From: Candidatus Methanoperedens sp.
GTDB taxonomy: Archaea; Halobacteriota; Methanosarcinia; Methanosarcinales; Methanoperedenaceae
Reading direction: 5' to 3'
Length of the DNA stretch: 32,000 bases
Assembly (NCBI GenBank): GCA_027460535.1
Contig: JAPZAR010000012.1
Span: 1 to 32,000, forward strand
In this document: in pieces, positions 15,598 to 25,096 of the stretch
Layout: each line of letters begins with the position of its first letter
Position numbering within the stretch: the first letter of the stretch is position 1
The notes under the pieces: model-generated
What the model saw: the letters and a program-made list of their open reading frames with translations, nothing else
Told to the model about the DNA's origin: nothing
Databases searched by the model: none
Position numbers and translations under genes: made by a program

Positions 15598-16488
15598 ATG
15601 AATACAAAAATTGGCATAAACTCTCCTCAGATAAAAGATTTTGGAGGAGCAATAGATCCATGTGAAGTGGATATCATTGAACTTGGTCTTGATAGAATGG
15701 ATTTTTTAGACGAACAAAAAGAGAAGGAACTATTGTCTAAAACTGCCTATCTTGCCTCATCTTTTGGCACTGAATTCACTATCCATGCCCCACACATTGA
15801 CTCCAGGATTGAAAGATTAAAGATCGATTTTTCAACCAATAATGAAAAAATTTTTACTGTTATGGAGAAGGTCTTCATAATCGCCGCAGAAATAGGAGCA
15901 GAATATATAGTTGTTCATCCAGGCAGTCAGAATGGCGGAAGAAAATGTCTTAACTTGAATATTCTTAATTTAATACATATATGTGGTCTTGCCGAAGAAT
16001 ACGGCGTCATCCTCCTTTTGGAGAACCTGTTTGACAGGAACGGTGGAAATAAAGTTGGTGTGTTTCCTGGAGAAATTTTCCATATGATTGAAATGGTAGA
16101 TTCGGAGCATTTAAAGATAAATCTGGATATCGGTCATGCGTTTATTGCCTCCAATGCTTATGGATTATCCCTGGAAGATTATTTTGAATTAGGTGGCTAC
16201 ATACATCAAATGCATCTTCATGATAACTTTGGCATTCTGGAGTCTGAAGAAGCAATGTTTGGAGACCGCCACCTTCCACTAGGGCTTGGAAAAATAAATT
16301 TCAGGGAAGTTTTCAAAAACATATTAAAGACAAATGCAAGAAATTTAATCTTGGAAATTAAGAACTCACCGAGAGAATATACCCTCACAAGCCTTACACA
16401 AATCAGAGAATTTTGCAGTTTAAGGTTTGGTTTAAAGCCCCCTGCAATTACGTATTCTATTGAACCTGCTATCGCATGCATTCAATAA
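15598..16488 (+). CDS. Xylose-isomerase-like TIM-barrel protein (sugar phosphate isomerase/epimerase family)
   Basis: Family pattern FTIHAPH, YIVVHPG, LLLENL, NLDIGHAF, MHLHDN. Confidence 0.7.
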   Translation: MNTKIGINSPQIKDFGGAIDPCEVDIIELGLDRMDFLDEQKEKELLSKTAYLASSFGTEFTIHAPHIDSRIERLKIDFSTNNEKIFTVMEKVFIIAAEIGAEYIVVHPGSQNGGRKCLNLNILNLIHICGLAEEYGVILLLENLFDRNGGNKVGVFPGEIFHMIEMVDSEHLKINLDIGHAFIASNAYGLSLEDYFELGGYIHQMHLHDNFGILESEEAMFGDRHLPLGLGKINFREVFKNILKTNARNLILEIKNSPREYTLTSLTQIREFCSLRFGLKPPAITYSIEPAIACIQ

Positions 16489-16537
16489 GGCTTAGATTTT
16501 ATATCTCCTCTAAACATCTCCCTGGAATCATAATTTA

Positions 16538-16583
16538 CTGATTTTCTATAGCATCTATAGATTCTTGGGAGAAGCTATATATT
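16538..16583 (+). promoter_or_regulatory. Conserved 46-bp promoter/operator module, copy 3 (pst operon)
   Basis: CTGATTTTCTATAGCATCTATAGATTCTTGGGAGAAGCTATATATT contains the perfect palindrome ATCTATAGAT. The TATA-like box is at 16575-16584, a GGTGA Shine-Dalgarno-like site precedes the start, and ATG is at 16621. Confidence 0.6.
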
Positions 16584-16620
16584 ATTTGATGCTAAAATTC
16601 CTGCTGGTGAAAAAAAGAAA

Positions 16621-17724
16621 ATGAATCGATTAAAGATAATACTAATTTTGATTCTGGCAGGCGTGCTGGTAGCTGGGTGTGTAAGCACGCCGCCTGCCCA
16701 AGTACAGCCTACAGTACAAACAACGGCGCAGCCTCCGGCAACTATAACCTTAAATGGTGCGGGTGCAACATTTCCATACCCTCTGATATCCAAATGGAGT
16801 TCGGAACATAGCAAAATAAATCCAAATATCCAGATCAATTATCAGAGCGTGGGAAGCGGTGCGGGAATACAGCAGATAACTGCAAAAACGGTAGATTTTG
16901 GCGCAAGTGATGCGCCTCTCTCAGAGCAGGTATATAAAAATCTTACAGGCATCCTGCAAATACCCGAAACCATAGGTGCAGTGGTCGTAGCGTATAACCT
17001 GCCCGGCATACAGAAGGGAGTGAATTTGAGCGGCGATGTAATTGCTGACATTTTCCTTGGAAAAATCACAAAATGGAACGACCCGAGGATAGTCTCACTT
17101 AATCCTGATATTCAATTCCCGCCAAAAGACATTATCGTAGCACACAGGAGCGATGGAAGCGGCACGACTTTCGTATTCACGGATTATCTTTCAGCGGTAA
17201 GCCCTGACTGGAAATCACAGGTTGGAAAAGGTACATCAGTCAACTGGCCTGTCGGTCTTGGCGGGAAAGGCAACGAGGGCGTTGCAGGTATCTTGAGCCA
17301 GAACCCTTACGCTATAGGGTATGTCGAACTTATCTATGCCAAGGCTCAGAACAACATCTCCTATTCATATATCAAGAACAAGGCAGGGATATTCATTGAA
17401 CCCACACTTGAGACAACGGCAAGCGCCGTTGCTGGAGCTGTGCCAACGCTGCCCGCAGGCGACGCAAGCTGGTCATCCGTAAGTGTTGTGAATGCCCCGG
17501 GAGACAATTCATACCCCATAAGCAGCTTTACCTATCTTCTTGTCTACAAAAACCAGGCAGAACTGACCAAGGGTAAAGCACTGGCTGAATTCCTCTGGTG
17601 GGCAGTACACGATGGACAGAGTTATTCCTCCGATCTCCAGTATGTGACGCTGCCAAAAGAAGTCGTAAGTCTGAATGAAAAAACCATAAAACTTATGAAC
17701 TACAACGGACAACCGCTAATCTAG
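16621..17724 (+). CDS. pstS: Phosphate ABC transporter substrate-binding lipoprotein
   Basis: Signal peptide with lipobox LVAGC, then PstS pattern GAGATFPYPL, YQSVGSGAGI, DFGASDAPL, HRSDGSGTT. Confidence 0.9.
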   Translation: MNRLKIILILILAGVLVAGCVSTPPAQVQPTVQTTAQPPATITLNGAGATFPYPLISKWSSEHSKINPNIQINYQSVGSGAGIQQITAKTVDFGASDAPLSEQVYKNLTGILQIPETIGAVVVAYNLPGIQKGVNLSGDVIADIFLGKITKWNDPRIVSLNPDIQFPPKDIIVAHRSDGSGTTFVFTDYLSAVSPDWKSQVGKGTSVNWPVGLGGKGNEGVAGILSQNPYAIGYVELIYAKAQNNISYSYIKNKAGIFIEPTLETTASAVAGAVPTLPAGDASWSSVSVVNAPGDNSYPISSFTYLLVYKNQAELTKGKALAEFLWWAVHDGQSYSSDLQYVTLPKEVVSLNEKTIKLMNYNGQPLI

Positions 17725-18729
17725 ATGGATAGATCGAGATTGCCTTCTTTCCGTATCAGCCGGAGCAAACTCTCAGGCGATTTTATTTTTGAAGCTGTAG
17801 TCGGCTCATTTGCTCTGGGAATAATAATCCTTGCAATTTTATTGTTCAGGGAACTTTTTATAGAGTCTCAACTTTCAAGAGATGCTTTTGGCACGGGTTT
17901 TTTGACAGGTTCTGTATGGGATCCAGTGAAAGAGGTATTCGGCGCCCTGCCTTTTATCTTCGGGACTCTTGTTTCATCATTCCTTGCCCTGCTCATAGCT
18001 GTCCCATTTAGCCTCGGGATAGCGATATTTCTCTCAGAACTCGCTCCGGAAAAGCTGAGGACGCCCCTATCTTTCATCATAGAATTGCTTGCCGCCGTCC
18101 CAAGCGTCATTATCGGGCTCTGGGGCATATTCATTCTCGCCCCGTTCATCCACGACTATCTTGCGCCGCCTCTTTCAACATATCTTGGTTTTCTGCCGCT
18201 CTTCCAGGGACCAATGTACGGTCCGTCCATGCTTACCGGTGGCATGATACTTGCAATAATGATTATCCCGATAACCTCATCGGTGTCTAAGGAAGTCCTC
18301 ATGACAGTGCCGACGCAACAGCGGGAAGCAGCCATCGCTCTCGGCGCTACAGGCTGGGAGACCACACGGATTGCGGTACTCCCCTATGCCAGATCTGGAA
18401 TATTCGGGGCGGTAATTCTTGGATTTGGACGTGCTATCGGCGAAACAATGGCAGTAACCATGGTCATCGGGAACAGCCACCACATCAAGGCATCCCTTTT
18501 CGCGCCATCAGATACCATGGCATCGGTTATTGCAAACGAGTTAATGGAGGCACCGTCCAAGCTTTACGTCTCATCTCTTATTGAGATCGGGTTTTTGCTT
18601 CTGGTGATATCCGTCATAATCAACATAGCAGCCAGGATTTTGGTGTGGAAGTTTGATGAATCCAATGATATCCACCTTTTTAGACGGATTCGTCAAATGC
18701 TTAATGTGGAAGGAGGCGAGAGGGCATGA
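17725..18729 (+). CDS. pstC: Phosphate ABC transporter permease PstC
   Basis: Polytopic permease with the EAA-type loop REAAIALGATGWETTRIAVLPYARSGI. The ATG directly follows the pstS stop. Confidence 0.9.
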   Translation: MDRSRLPSFRISRSKLSGDFIFEAVVGSFALGIIILAILLFRELFIESQLSRDAFGTGFLTGSVWDPVKEVFGALPFIFGTLVSSFLALLIAVPFSLGIAIFLSELAPEKLRTPLSFIIELLAAVPSVIIGLWGIFILAPFIHDYLAPPLSTYLGFLPLFQGPMYGPSMLTGGMILAIMIIPITSSVSKEVLMTVPTQQREAAIALGATGWETTRIAVLPYARSGIFGAVILGFGRAIGETMAVTMVIGNSHHIKASLFAPSDTMASVIANELMEAPSKLYVSSLIEIGFLLLVISVIINIAARILVWKFDESNDIHLFRRIRQMLNVEGGERA

Positions 18730-19562
18730 AATGGAATAAAAGAAAATTAATTGACCGAACTATGTCCTTCCTGACCGCCGCCTGCGTTGCTATCGCCATA
18801 ATCCCACTGCTGAGCATCCTCTACACAGTAACCATCAATGGGATATCATCTATAAACCCGGATTTTCTTACACAGCTCCCCAAACCTGTGGGTGAAGCAG
18901 GAGGCGGGCTTGGGAACGCTATCCAGGGGACATTTATAGTCGTAGGGATTGCCTGCTTAATCGGGCTTCCCATAGGCATTCTTTCAGGGATATATCTTTC
19001 AGAATATGGGGCAAACAGGTTTGGACGTTTTGTAAGTTTCGTGGCTGATGTCCTCACCGGCACGCCCTCGATAGCTGCAGGGATGTTCGGTTATACCTTC
19101 ATAGTCCTTTATTTTGGAAGCTTCTCTGCAATTGCAGGCGGGGTAGCTCTCTCTGTATTGATGATCCCCATTGTTACGAGAACTACCGAGGAGTCCCTCA
19201 AACTTGTGCCTGGATCAATTAAAGAAGCTTCCCTTGCCCTTGGGATACCGCGGTGGAAAACAACATTATATATTGTTTTGAGCACTGCCAGGAGCGGTAT
19301 AATCACTGGAGCATTACTGGCAATCGCAAGAATATCTGGTGAGACCGCGCCTCTCCTTTTCACTTCATTTGGGAACATGTTCTGGGCTAGCGGAATAGAC
19401 AAACCAATATCGACACTGCCGGTGCAGATTTACACATATGCAATAACACCCTTCCCTGACTGGCATGCCAAAGCCTGGGGAGGAGCCCTCATTCTGATCA
19501 TTCTGATTCTTATTTTAAATATTGGTGTGAGGTTCATTATCAGAAGAAGATATTCAGTGTAA
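18726..19562 (+). CDS. pstA: Phosphate ABC transporter permease PstA
   Basis: Permease with [34 protein letters not shown] overlap with pstC. Confidence 0.9.
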   Translation: MKWNKRKLIDRTMSFLTAACVAIAIIPLLSILYTVTINGISSINPDFLTQLPKPVGEAGGGLGNAIQGTFIVVGIACLIGLPIGILSGIYLSEYGANRFGRFVSFVADVLTGTPSIAAGMFGYTFIVLYFGSFSAIAGGVALSVLMIPIVTRTTEESLKLVPGSIKEASLALGIPRWKTTLYIVLSTARSGIITGALLAIARISGETAPLLFTSFGNMFWASGIDKPISTLPVQIYTYAITPFPDWHAKAWGGALILIILILILNIGVRFIIRRRYSV

Positions 19563-19578
19563 GAATAGGAGTATAAAA

Positions 19579-20337
19579 GTGCAGAATAAGATTACCGTTG
19601 AAGCCCTCAATGCATGGTTCGGAACAAAGCATGTTCTAAAAGATATTGATCTTGGTTTCCAGGAAAACAGGATAACCGCCATCATAGGCCCTTCCGGATG
19701 CGGAAAATCCACATTTATCCGATGCCTCAACCGGATGCATGAAGTTGTACCCAGGGCAAAAGTCTCAGGAAAAGTACTGGTTGATGGCAAGGATATCTAT
19801 GAAAGCGATGTCGACCCTGTAGACATAAGAAGGCGCATAGGTATGGTATTCCAGAAGCCCAACCCTTTCCCTACGATGTCTATTAGTGATAATGTTGTGG
19901 CTGGATTGAAGCTCAGTGGAGTGAAAGATAAAAAGATCCTTGATAACATTGCCGAGGAGAGTCTAAAAAAAGCCGCACTATGGGACGAAGTGAAGAATGA
20001 CCTCAATAAATCGGGTGTGAGTCTGTCAGGCGGTCAGCAGCAGCGTCTCTGCATCGCAAGAGCATTAGCTGTTGAGCCAGAGGTTATCCTGTTTGACGAA
20101 CCCTGCTCAGCTTTAGACCCTATATCCACAAGCAAGATTGAAGATTTAATGATGGAACTGAAAGAAAAATATACCCTTATTATAGTAACGCATAATATGC
20201 AGCAGGCAGCAAGGGTAAGCGATTTTACAGCTTTCTTTCTTTATGGAGAGTTAATAGAGTTTGGAGAAACAAATCAGATATTTAAGAAGCCACAGGAAAA
20301 GAGTACCGAGGATTACATAGTCGGGAGGTTTGGATAA
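19579..20337 (+). CDS. pstB: Phosphate ABC transporter ATP-binding protein PstB
   Basis: Walker [10 protein letters not shown], signature [14 protein letters not shown], Walker [13 protein letters not shown]-loop VTHNM. GTG start. Confidence 0.95.
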   Translation: MQNKITVEALNAWFGTKHVLKDIDLGFQENRITAIIGPSGCGKSTFIRCLNRMHEVVPRAKVSGKVLVDGKDIYESDVDPVDIRRRIGMVFQKPNPFPTMSISDNVVAGLKLSGVKDKKILDNIAEESLKKAALWDEVKNDLNKSGVSLSGGQQQRLCIARALAVEPEVILFDEPCSALDPISTSKIEDLMMELKEKYTLIIVTHNMQQAARVSDFTAFFLYGELIEFGETNQIFKKPQEKSTEDYIVGRFG

Positions 20338-20338
20338 T

Positions 20339-20992
20339 ATGGTTCGCGAAGCGTATCACAGAGATCTTCATAAGTTAAGGGAGGAAGTAGTCAGCATGGG
20401 AAGCCTTGTAGGCAAGGCGATAGGAGATTCGGTTCTATCCCTCAAGAATCGGGATGTGGGAATGGCCCAGAAGGTCATTGATATGGATATTGAGATTGAT
20501 GCCCTCGATCAGAGCATTGAGGAGGGCTGCATGCGACTGCTCGCACTCCAGCAGCCTATGGCGAGGGATTTGAGACTTATAATCTCGGTATTAAAGATGT
20601 CCATTGACCTTGAAAGGATGGGTGACCTTGCTTTAGAGATAGCGGTTATTACAAAGATTACAGCTAATGTGCCGCCAGTGAAGCCGCTCATAGACATACC
20701 GAGAATGGCAGAGACATGCCAGCAAATGTTGGCGAATACCATGACCGCTTTTGAAAATAAGGATGTGGAGCTTGCAAAGACTATTGCAAAGCGGGATGAT
20801 GAAGTCGATATGCTCTTTGACCAGGTAAGAAGAGAGCTGATTTCCTATATGATCGAGGACCCAAAAAAGATAACCGGCGCCCAGCACCTAACCTTTGTGG
20901 CAAGGTATCTTGAGAGGATAGGTGACCACATAACGAATCTCTGTGAAAACGTGGTGTTCATGGTGACAGGCGAACGGGCGGAGTTGAATTGA
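20339..20992 (+). CDS. phoU: Phosphate signalling complex protein PhoU
   Basis: Two PhoU repeats (IDALDQSIEEGCMRLLALQQPMARDLR; DEVDMLFDQVRRELISYM; ARYLERIGDHITNL). The track ORF starts at TTG 20330, but ATG 20339, just after the pstB stop, is preferred. Confidence 0.9.
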   Translation: MVREAYHRDLHKLREEVVSMGSLVGKAIGDSVLSLKNRDVGMAQKVIDMDIEIDALDQSIEEGCMRLLALQQPMARDLRLIISVLKMSIDLERMGDLALEIAVITKITANVPPVKPLIDIPRMAETCQQMLANTMTAFENKDVELAKTIAKRDDEVDMLFDQVRRELISYMIEDPKKITGAQHLTFVARYLERIGDHITNLCENVVFMVTGERAELN

Positions 20993-21110
20993 CATTCTCC
21001 CTTTGTCGCAAGAACCATACGTACTTATAATCCGTATGAATAACGAAGTCTTCATTATAAATGGAAAACGATTTTAGCTATAACTTAATTTAGGATAAGG
21101 AGATTGAAAC

Positions 21111-21740
21111 ATGGGACTTAAAGAATGGATCCTTCCTCAGGATAAACACTTTTTTAATATGCTTGAAAATGAATCACAGAACGTGCTTGATGGCTCGAAT
21201 GCTTTCCTTGATATGCTAAAAAATTACGACAATATCAAACAAAAACAACAGGCGATAAAGGATATCGAACATCAGGGAGATGATTTTGTTCATGAGATAT
21301 TTGAAGAGCTCAACAAGACGTTCATTACCCCCATCGACCACGAGGATATATCAGCGCTTGCCTCGGCGTTCGATGATGTTCTTGATTATATCGATGGCAC
21401 CGCAGCACGCTGTGTTCTATACGAAATAACAAAGCCGGAAGAGAACATGATAAAGCTGGCTGAAGTACTTGTAAAGCAGACCACTGAATTAAATATCGCC
21501 CTTTCGGGATTACGGAACCTCAGGAACCCCAAGGAAATCGAAAAAAGGTGTATCGAAGTAAACCGCCTTGAAAATATTGCCGATGATATTTATAAAACCT
21601 CGGTCGCCCAGCTTTTCAAACGAAAGGATGCGATTGAAATAATGAAATTGAAAGAGGTGTATGAGCGCCTTGAGTTTGCAACAGACAAATGCGAGGATGC
21701 TGCAAACGTTATCAGCGACATTGTTGTAAAAAATAGTTAA
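21111..21740 (+). CDS. DUF47 / PhoU_div family protein (PiT-associated phosphate transport regulator)
   Basis: IEHQGDDFVHEIFEELNKTFITPIDHEDISALASAFDDVLDYID is the DUF47 signature. A GGAGAT Shine-Dalgarno-like site precedes the ATG. It lies immediately upstream of a PiT gene, as is typical for this family. Confidence 0.85.
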   Translation: MGLKEWILPQDKHFFNMLENESQNVLDGSNAFLDMLKNYDNIKQKQQAIKDIEHQGDDFVHEIFEELNKTFITPIDHEDISALASAFDDVLDYIDGTAARCVLYEITKPEENMIKLAEVLVKQTTELNIALSGLRNLRNPKEIEKRCIEVNRLENIADDIYKTSVAQLFKRKDAIEIMKLKEVYERLEFATDKCEDAANVISDIVVKNS

Positions 21741-21788
21741 GAGGCGATCGTTCTGGAAATTTTCGTCATCTTTACTATTATCATTGCC

Positions 21789-22754
21789 TTGGTTTTTGAT
21801 TTCATCAATGGATTCCACGATTCGGCCAATGCCATTGCCACAGTAGTGGCAACAAAGGTACTTTCCCCCATAAAAGCTGTTACCATGGCTGCCATTTTCA
21901 ATCTTGCTGGCCCGCTTGTTTTTGGCACGGCCATCGCAACAACTATGGGAAAGGGCATAATTGACAGCCATGTCATAACTGTAAACCTTATTTTTGCAGC
22001 TATTATGGGTGCTATAATCTGGGATCTAATCACCTGGTACCTGGCTCTTCCCACATCAAGCAGCCATGCCCTGGTTGGAGGCCTTGTAGGAGCAGGGATA
22101 GCTGCTGCCGGGACAGGTTCCGTCAATGCTAAAGGTGTCGAAACGATTGTGCTTTTCATGGTAATTTCCCCCATTATCGGCCTCGTCATAGGGTTTTTCT
22201 TTGCTCTTTTAATAATGAGAGGCTTCAGGAAATCCCATCCTTCCACCATTAACCACTATTTCCGGAGGCTTCAGCTTTTTTCTTCGGCGTTTTATTCTCT
22301 GACGCACGGGACTAATGATGCACAAAAGACGATGGGGATTATCGCAATCCTTCTTGTTTCATCGAGCATATCGACACCTATGAGCACCAGCGGACTTCCT
22401 ATTCCGTTGTGGGTGATCGTTTCATGCGCGGGAGCAATCGGTCTGGGCACTTTCTTTGGCGGGTGGCGTATTGTGAAAACAATGGCGCAGAGAGTTACGC
22501 GCTTGCGCCCTTATCAGGGATTTAGCGCTGAAACCTCAAGCGGTCTTGTGCTTGCAAGCATGGCGGCTCTGGGAATTCCTGTGAGCACCACTCACGTGAT
22601 CTCCTCATCAATAATGGGGGTGGGAGCAACAGATAAGCTTTCTGCCGTGAGGTGGGGTATTGCGCGGAAGATTGTTGGTGCCTGGATCCTTACGATACCT
22701 GTTGCAGCTCTGATTTCGGCCTCAGTTTATTTAATTATGTCATCTCTACTCTGA
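21789..22754 (+). CDS. pit: Inorganic phosphate transporter, PiT family (true start probably upstream at a non-canonical codon, 21747-21759)
   Basis: FDFINGFHDSANAIATVV, GTNDAQKTMGII and STTHVISSSIMGVG are PiT signatures. The first canonical start (TTG 21789) leaves only 6 residues before NGFHD, yet the frame is open back to 21741 and encodes the rest of TM1. Confidence 0.85.
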   Translation: MVFDFINGFHDSANAIATVVATKVLSPIKAVTMAAIFNLAGPLVFGTAIATTMGKGIIDSHVITVNLIFAAIMGAIIWDLITWYLALPTSSSHALVGGLVGAGIAAAGTGSVNAKGVETIVLFMVISPIIGLVIGFFFALLIMRGFRKSHPSTINHYFRRLQLFSSAFYSLTHGTNDAQKTMGIIAILLVSSSISTPMSTSGLPIPLWVIVSCAGAIGLGTFFGGWRIVKTMAQRVTRLRPYQGFSAETSSGLVLASMAALGIPVSTTHVISSSIMGVGATDKLSAVRWGIARKIVGAWILTIPVAALISASVYLIMSSLL

Positions 22755-22799
22755 TTTCTCAGAAAAGTATTAGAGTTTTAAAAAGCTAACAGGTGCATA

Positions 22800-23093
22800 A
22801 TGTTGAAGGACAAAACCAAGCTTGTCATATGGCCAGTTTATCTCGACGCCACCAAATCAAGGGCTGAAGGCAGGATCCTTTCCATGAAGGATTCGGTGAA
22901 ATCACCCGTTTTGAAGGAGATAGAGAAAGCAGCCGTTGAGTTGAACCTTACTCCCATAGTGGAACCTGAAAAAGCTCATCCCAAATCATGGTGGGCCACA
23001 AGCGGCAGGGTGCTTGTAGATAAGAAAGGTCCGAAATCCATACTAGCAAAGCAGATAGCACAGAAAATAAATAAAAGCCGGGGACAAAAATGA
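22800..23093 (+). CDS. srp19: Signal recognition particle protein SRP19
   Basis: LVIWPVYLDATKSRAEGRILS is the SRP19 signature. 97 aa. Confidence 0.85.
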   Translation: MLKDKTKLVIWPVYLDATKSRAEGRILSMKDSVKSPVLKEIEKAAVELNLTPIVEPEKAHPKSWWATSGRVLVDKKGPKSILAKQIAQKINKSRGQK

Positions 23094-23734
23094 TAGACCT
23101 TCATACACATTCCTCTTTCAGCGACGGCGAGCTTATACCGAGTGAACTCGTGCGGCGTGCCGTTGTGAAAGGGTACAAGGCGATCGCAATAACCGATCAT
23201 GCCGATTTCACAAATATCGAGCATGTTCTTTCTTGCATTAAGACGGTAAAATTCCTCGAAGACGATTATGATATCCAGATTTTTGTAGGGGTGGAATTGA
23301 CCCACGTTCCACCGGCAAAGATGCCAAGGCTTGTGGAAAAGGCAAGGTACCTTGGGGCAGAAATTATCGTGGTGCACGGTGAGACCATTGTTGAGCCAGT
23401 ATCCCCAGGCACTAACCATATGGCAGTGTCGCTGGATATCAACATATTAGCTCATCCGGGTTTAATCACAGTAGAAGATGCAGAACTTGCCAGGGAGAAC
23501 GATATAACTCTCGAAATAACCTCGCGTAACGGTCACAACCGAACCAATGGCCATGTGGTCAGGATGGGAAAAGAAACCGGAGCGAACCTTACCGTAAATA
23601 CGGATACACATGCCCCGGAAGATCTGATCACTGATGAAACCGCATTCAATATCGCAATGGGAGCAGGTCTTGATCAAAAGGGCGCAAGGGCTGCAACAAT
23701 CTCACAACCTTTAAATATCATAAAATCCCTTTAA
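23090..23734 (+). CDS. PHP-domain phosphoesterase (histidinol-phosphatase-related family)
   Basis: MIDLHTHSSFSDGE, IAITDHADF, VHGE and NTDTHAPEDL. ATGA overlap with srp19. Confidence 0.7.
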   Translation: MIDLHTHSSFSDGELIPSELVRRAVVKGYKAIAITDHADFTNIEHVLSCIKTVKFLEDDYDIQIFVGVELTHVPPAKMPRLVEKARYLGAEIIVVHGETIVEPVSPGTNHMAVSLDINILAHPGLITVEDAELARENDITLEITSRNGHNRTNGHVVRMGKETGANLTVNTDTHAPEDLITDETAFNIAMGAGLDQKGARAATISQPLNIIKSL

Positions 23735-23799
23735 TAAATGAATTGCGAAACCTATAAATATTAGATGACCTCTATAGGTCACTTCCGTAGAGGCGAATA

Positions 23800-24045
23800 T
23801 TGAAAAGATTGGGAACTGTTCTTCATATTATTGATGATCTGTTGATAGTTCGTTCTGATAAGACCACTGAAAAAGGTGCTCCATTTCAGGACTCTACAGT
23901 GATTACAAAAAAGATGAGGAGGATCGGAAAAATAAAAGAACTTTTCGGTCCGGTAAATAACCCCTACTTTTCTGTCAGGATATTCAAAAATGTGCCAGAG
24001 TCCGAAATCAGACAGTTGAAAAATGAAAGAGTCTACTTGCAGTAG
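23800..24045 (+). CDS. gar1: H/ACA ribonucleoprotein complex subunit Gar1
   Basis: MKRLGTVLHIIDDLLIVRSD...RIGKIKELFGPVNNPYFSVR matches the archaeal Gar1 pattern. TTG start. Confidence 0.75.
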   Translation: MKRLGTVLHIIDDLLIVRSDKTTEKGAPFQDSTVITKKMRRIGKIKELFGPVNNPYFSVRIFKNVPESEIRQLKNERVYLQ

Positions 24046-24064
24046 TTCTGAACAAGGTGAATAA

Positions 24065-25096
24065 ATGAGAGAAGTTGAGAAGATCAAAGAAGTTGAAAAA
24101 GTTAAGGAAGTCGAGAAATCTGAACGCGAAAAAATCAAGGAAAGTATAAAGGAGCGGAAAGAAAAACAGAAGCTCGGCCAGTTCGAGAAAGCAACAGTGG
24201 AGTGCCCGGAGTGCGGAAGTCATACCCTTGTGCATGATTATGAACGTGCAGAACTTGTCTGCAACGAATGCGGTCTTGTTGTTGACGCCGACTTTATAGA
24301 CCAGGGACCAGAATGGAGGGCTTTTGACCATGACCAGAGGATGAAGCGCTCACGTGTAGGCGCACCCATGACCTATACTATCCATGATAAAGGCCTGTCC
24401 ACCATGATAGACTGGAGGAACAGGGACTCATACGGCAAATCCATCTCATCAAAGAGCAGAGCGCAGCTATACAGGCTCAGGAAATGGCAGCGCCGCATCC
24501 GTGTTAGCAATGCCACGGAGCGAAACCTGGCGTTTGCGCTGTCAGAACTTGACAGGATGGCATCGGCGCTCGGGTTATCCAGGAACGTGAGGGAGACCGC
24601 AGCAGTGGTGTACAGGAAGGCTGTGGAGAAGAACCTGATAAGAGGACGGAGCATCGAGGGCGTGGCAGCAGCAGCACTATATGCGGCATGCAGGCAGTGC
24701 AATGTTCCAAGGACGCTTGACGAGATAGGTGAAGTCTCAAGAGTGAGCAGAAAGGAGATCGGGAGAACATACAGGTTCATCTCAAGGGAACTCGGTCTGA
24801 AATTGATCCCCACCTCACCCATCGATTATGTCCCACGGTTCTGCTCAGGGTTGAACCTGCGCGGCGAGGTGCAGTCCAAGGCTGTGGAAATTCTCAGGCA
24901 GGCTTCCGAGAAAGAACTCACGAGCGGACGTGGCCCAACGGGTGTTGCCGCAGCTGCGATATACATCGCTTCCATATTGTGCGGTGACAGGCGAACGCAG
25001 CGAGAGGTCGCCGAGGTCGCAGGCATCACCGAGGTAACGATCCGTAACAGATACAAGGAATTGGCAGAAGAGCTGGATATCGAAATAATACTTTAA
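24065..25096 (+). CDS. tfb: Transcription initiation factor IIB (TFB)
   Basis: Zn-ribbon [25 protein letters not shown]-finger/linker [33 protein letters not shown], and two cyclin repeats. The N-terminus is a Lys/Glu-rich EVEK repeat. Confidence 0.95.
   Translation: MREVEKIKEVEKVKEVEKSEREKIKESIKERKEKQKLGQFEKATVECPECGSHTLVHDYERAELVCNECGLVVDADFIDQGPEWRAFDHDQRMKRSRVGAPMTYTIHDKGLSTMIDWRNRDSYGKSISSKSRAQLYRLRKWQRRIRVSNATERNLAFALSELDRMASALGLSRNVRETAAVVYRKAVEKNLIRGRSIEGVAAAALYAACRQCNVPRTLDEIGEVSRVSRKEIGRTYRFISRELGLKLIPTSPIDYVPRFCSGLNLRGEVQSKAVEILRQASEKELTSGRGPTGVAAAAIYIASILCGDRRTQREVAEVAGITEVTIRNRYKELAEELDIEIIL

Noticed and set aside
21016-21038. Inverted repeat CATACG-N11-CGTATG after phoU
   Set aside because: It has only a 6-bp stem with an AT-rich loop and no T-tract. 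It could be a weak terminator or an operator, but the evidence is too thin to call.
21737-22249. 170-aa minus-strand ORF (also 21510-21971)
   Set aside because: It is antisense to the PiT and DUF47 genes, and the hydrophobic look is a mirror effect of a membrane-protein gene.
24071-24124. Three tandem 18-bp repeats (GAAGTTGAGAAGATCAAA-like) and the antisense ORF 23779-24138 with STSL repeats
   Set aside because: The repeats encode the Lys/Glu-rich EVEK(I/V)K N-terminal extension of TFB, and similar charged extensions occur in Methanosarcinales TFBs as far as I recall. The antisense ORF is a shadow of the repeat.
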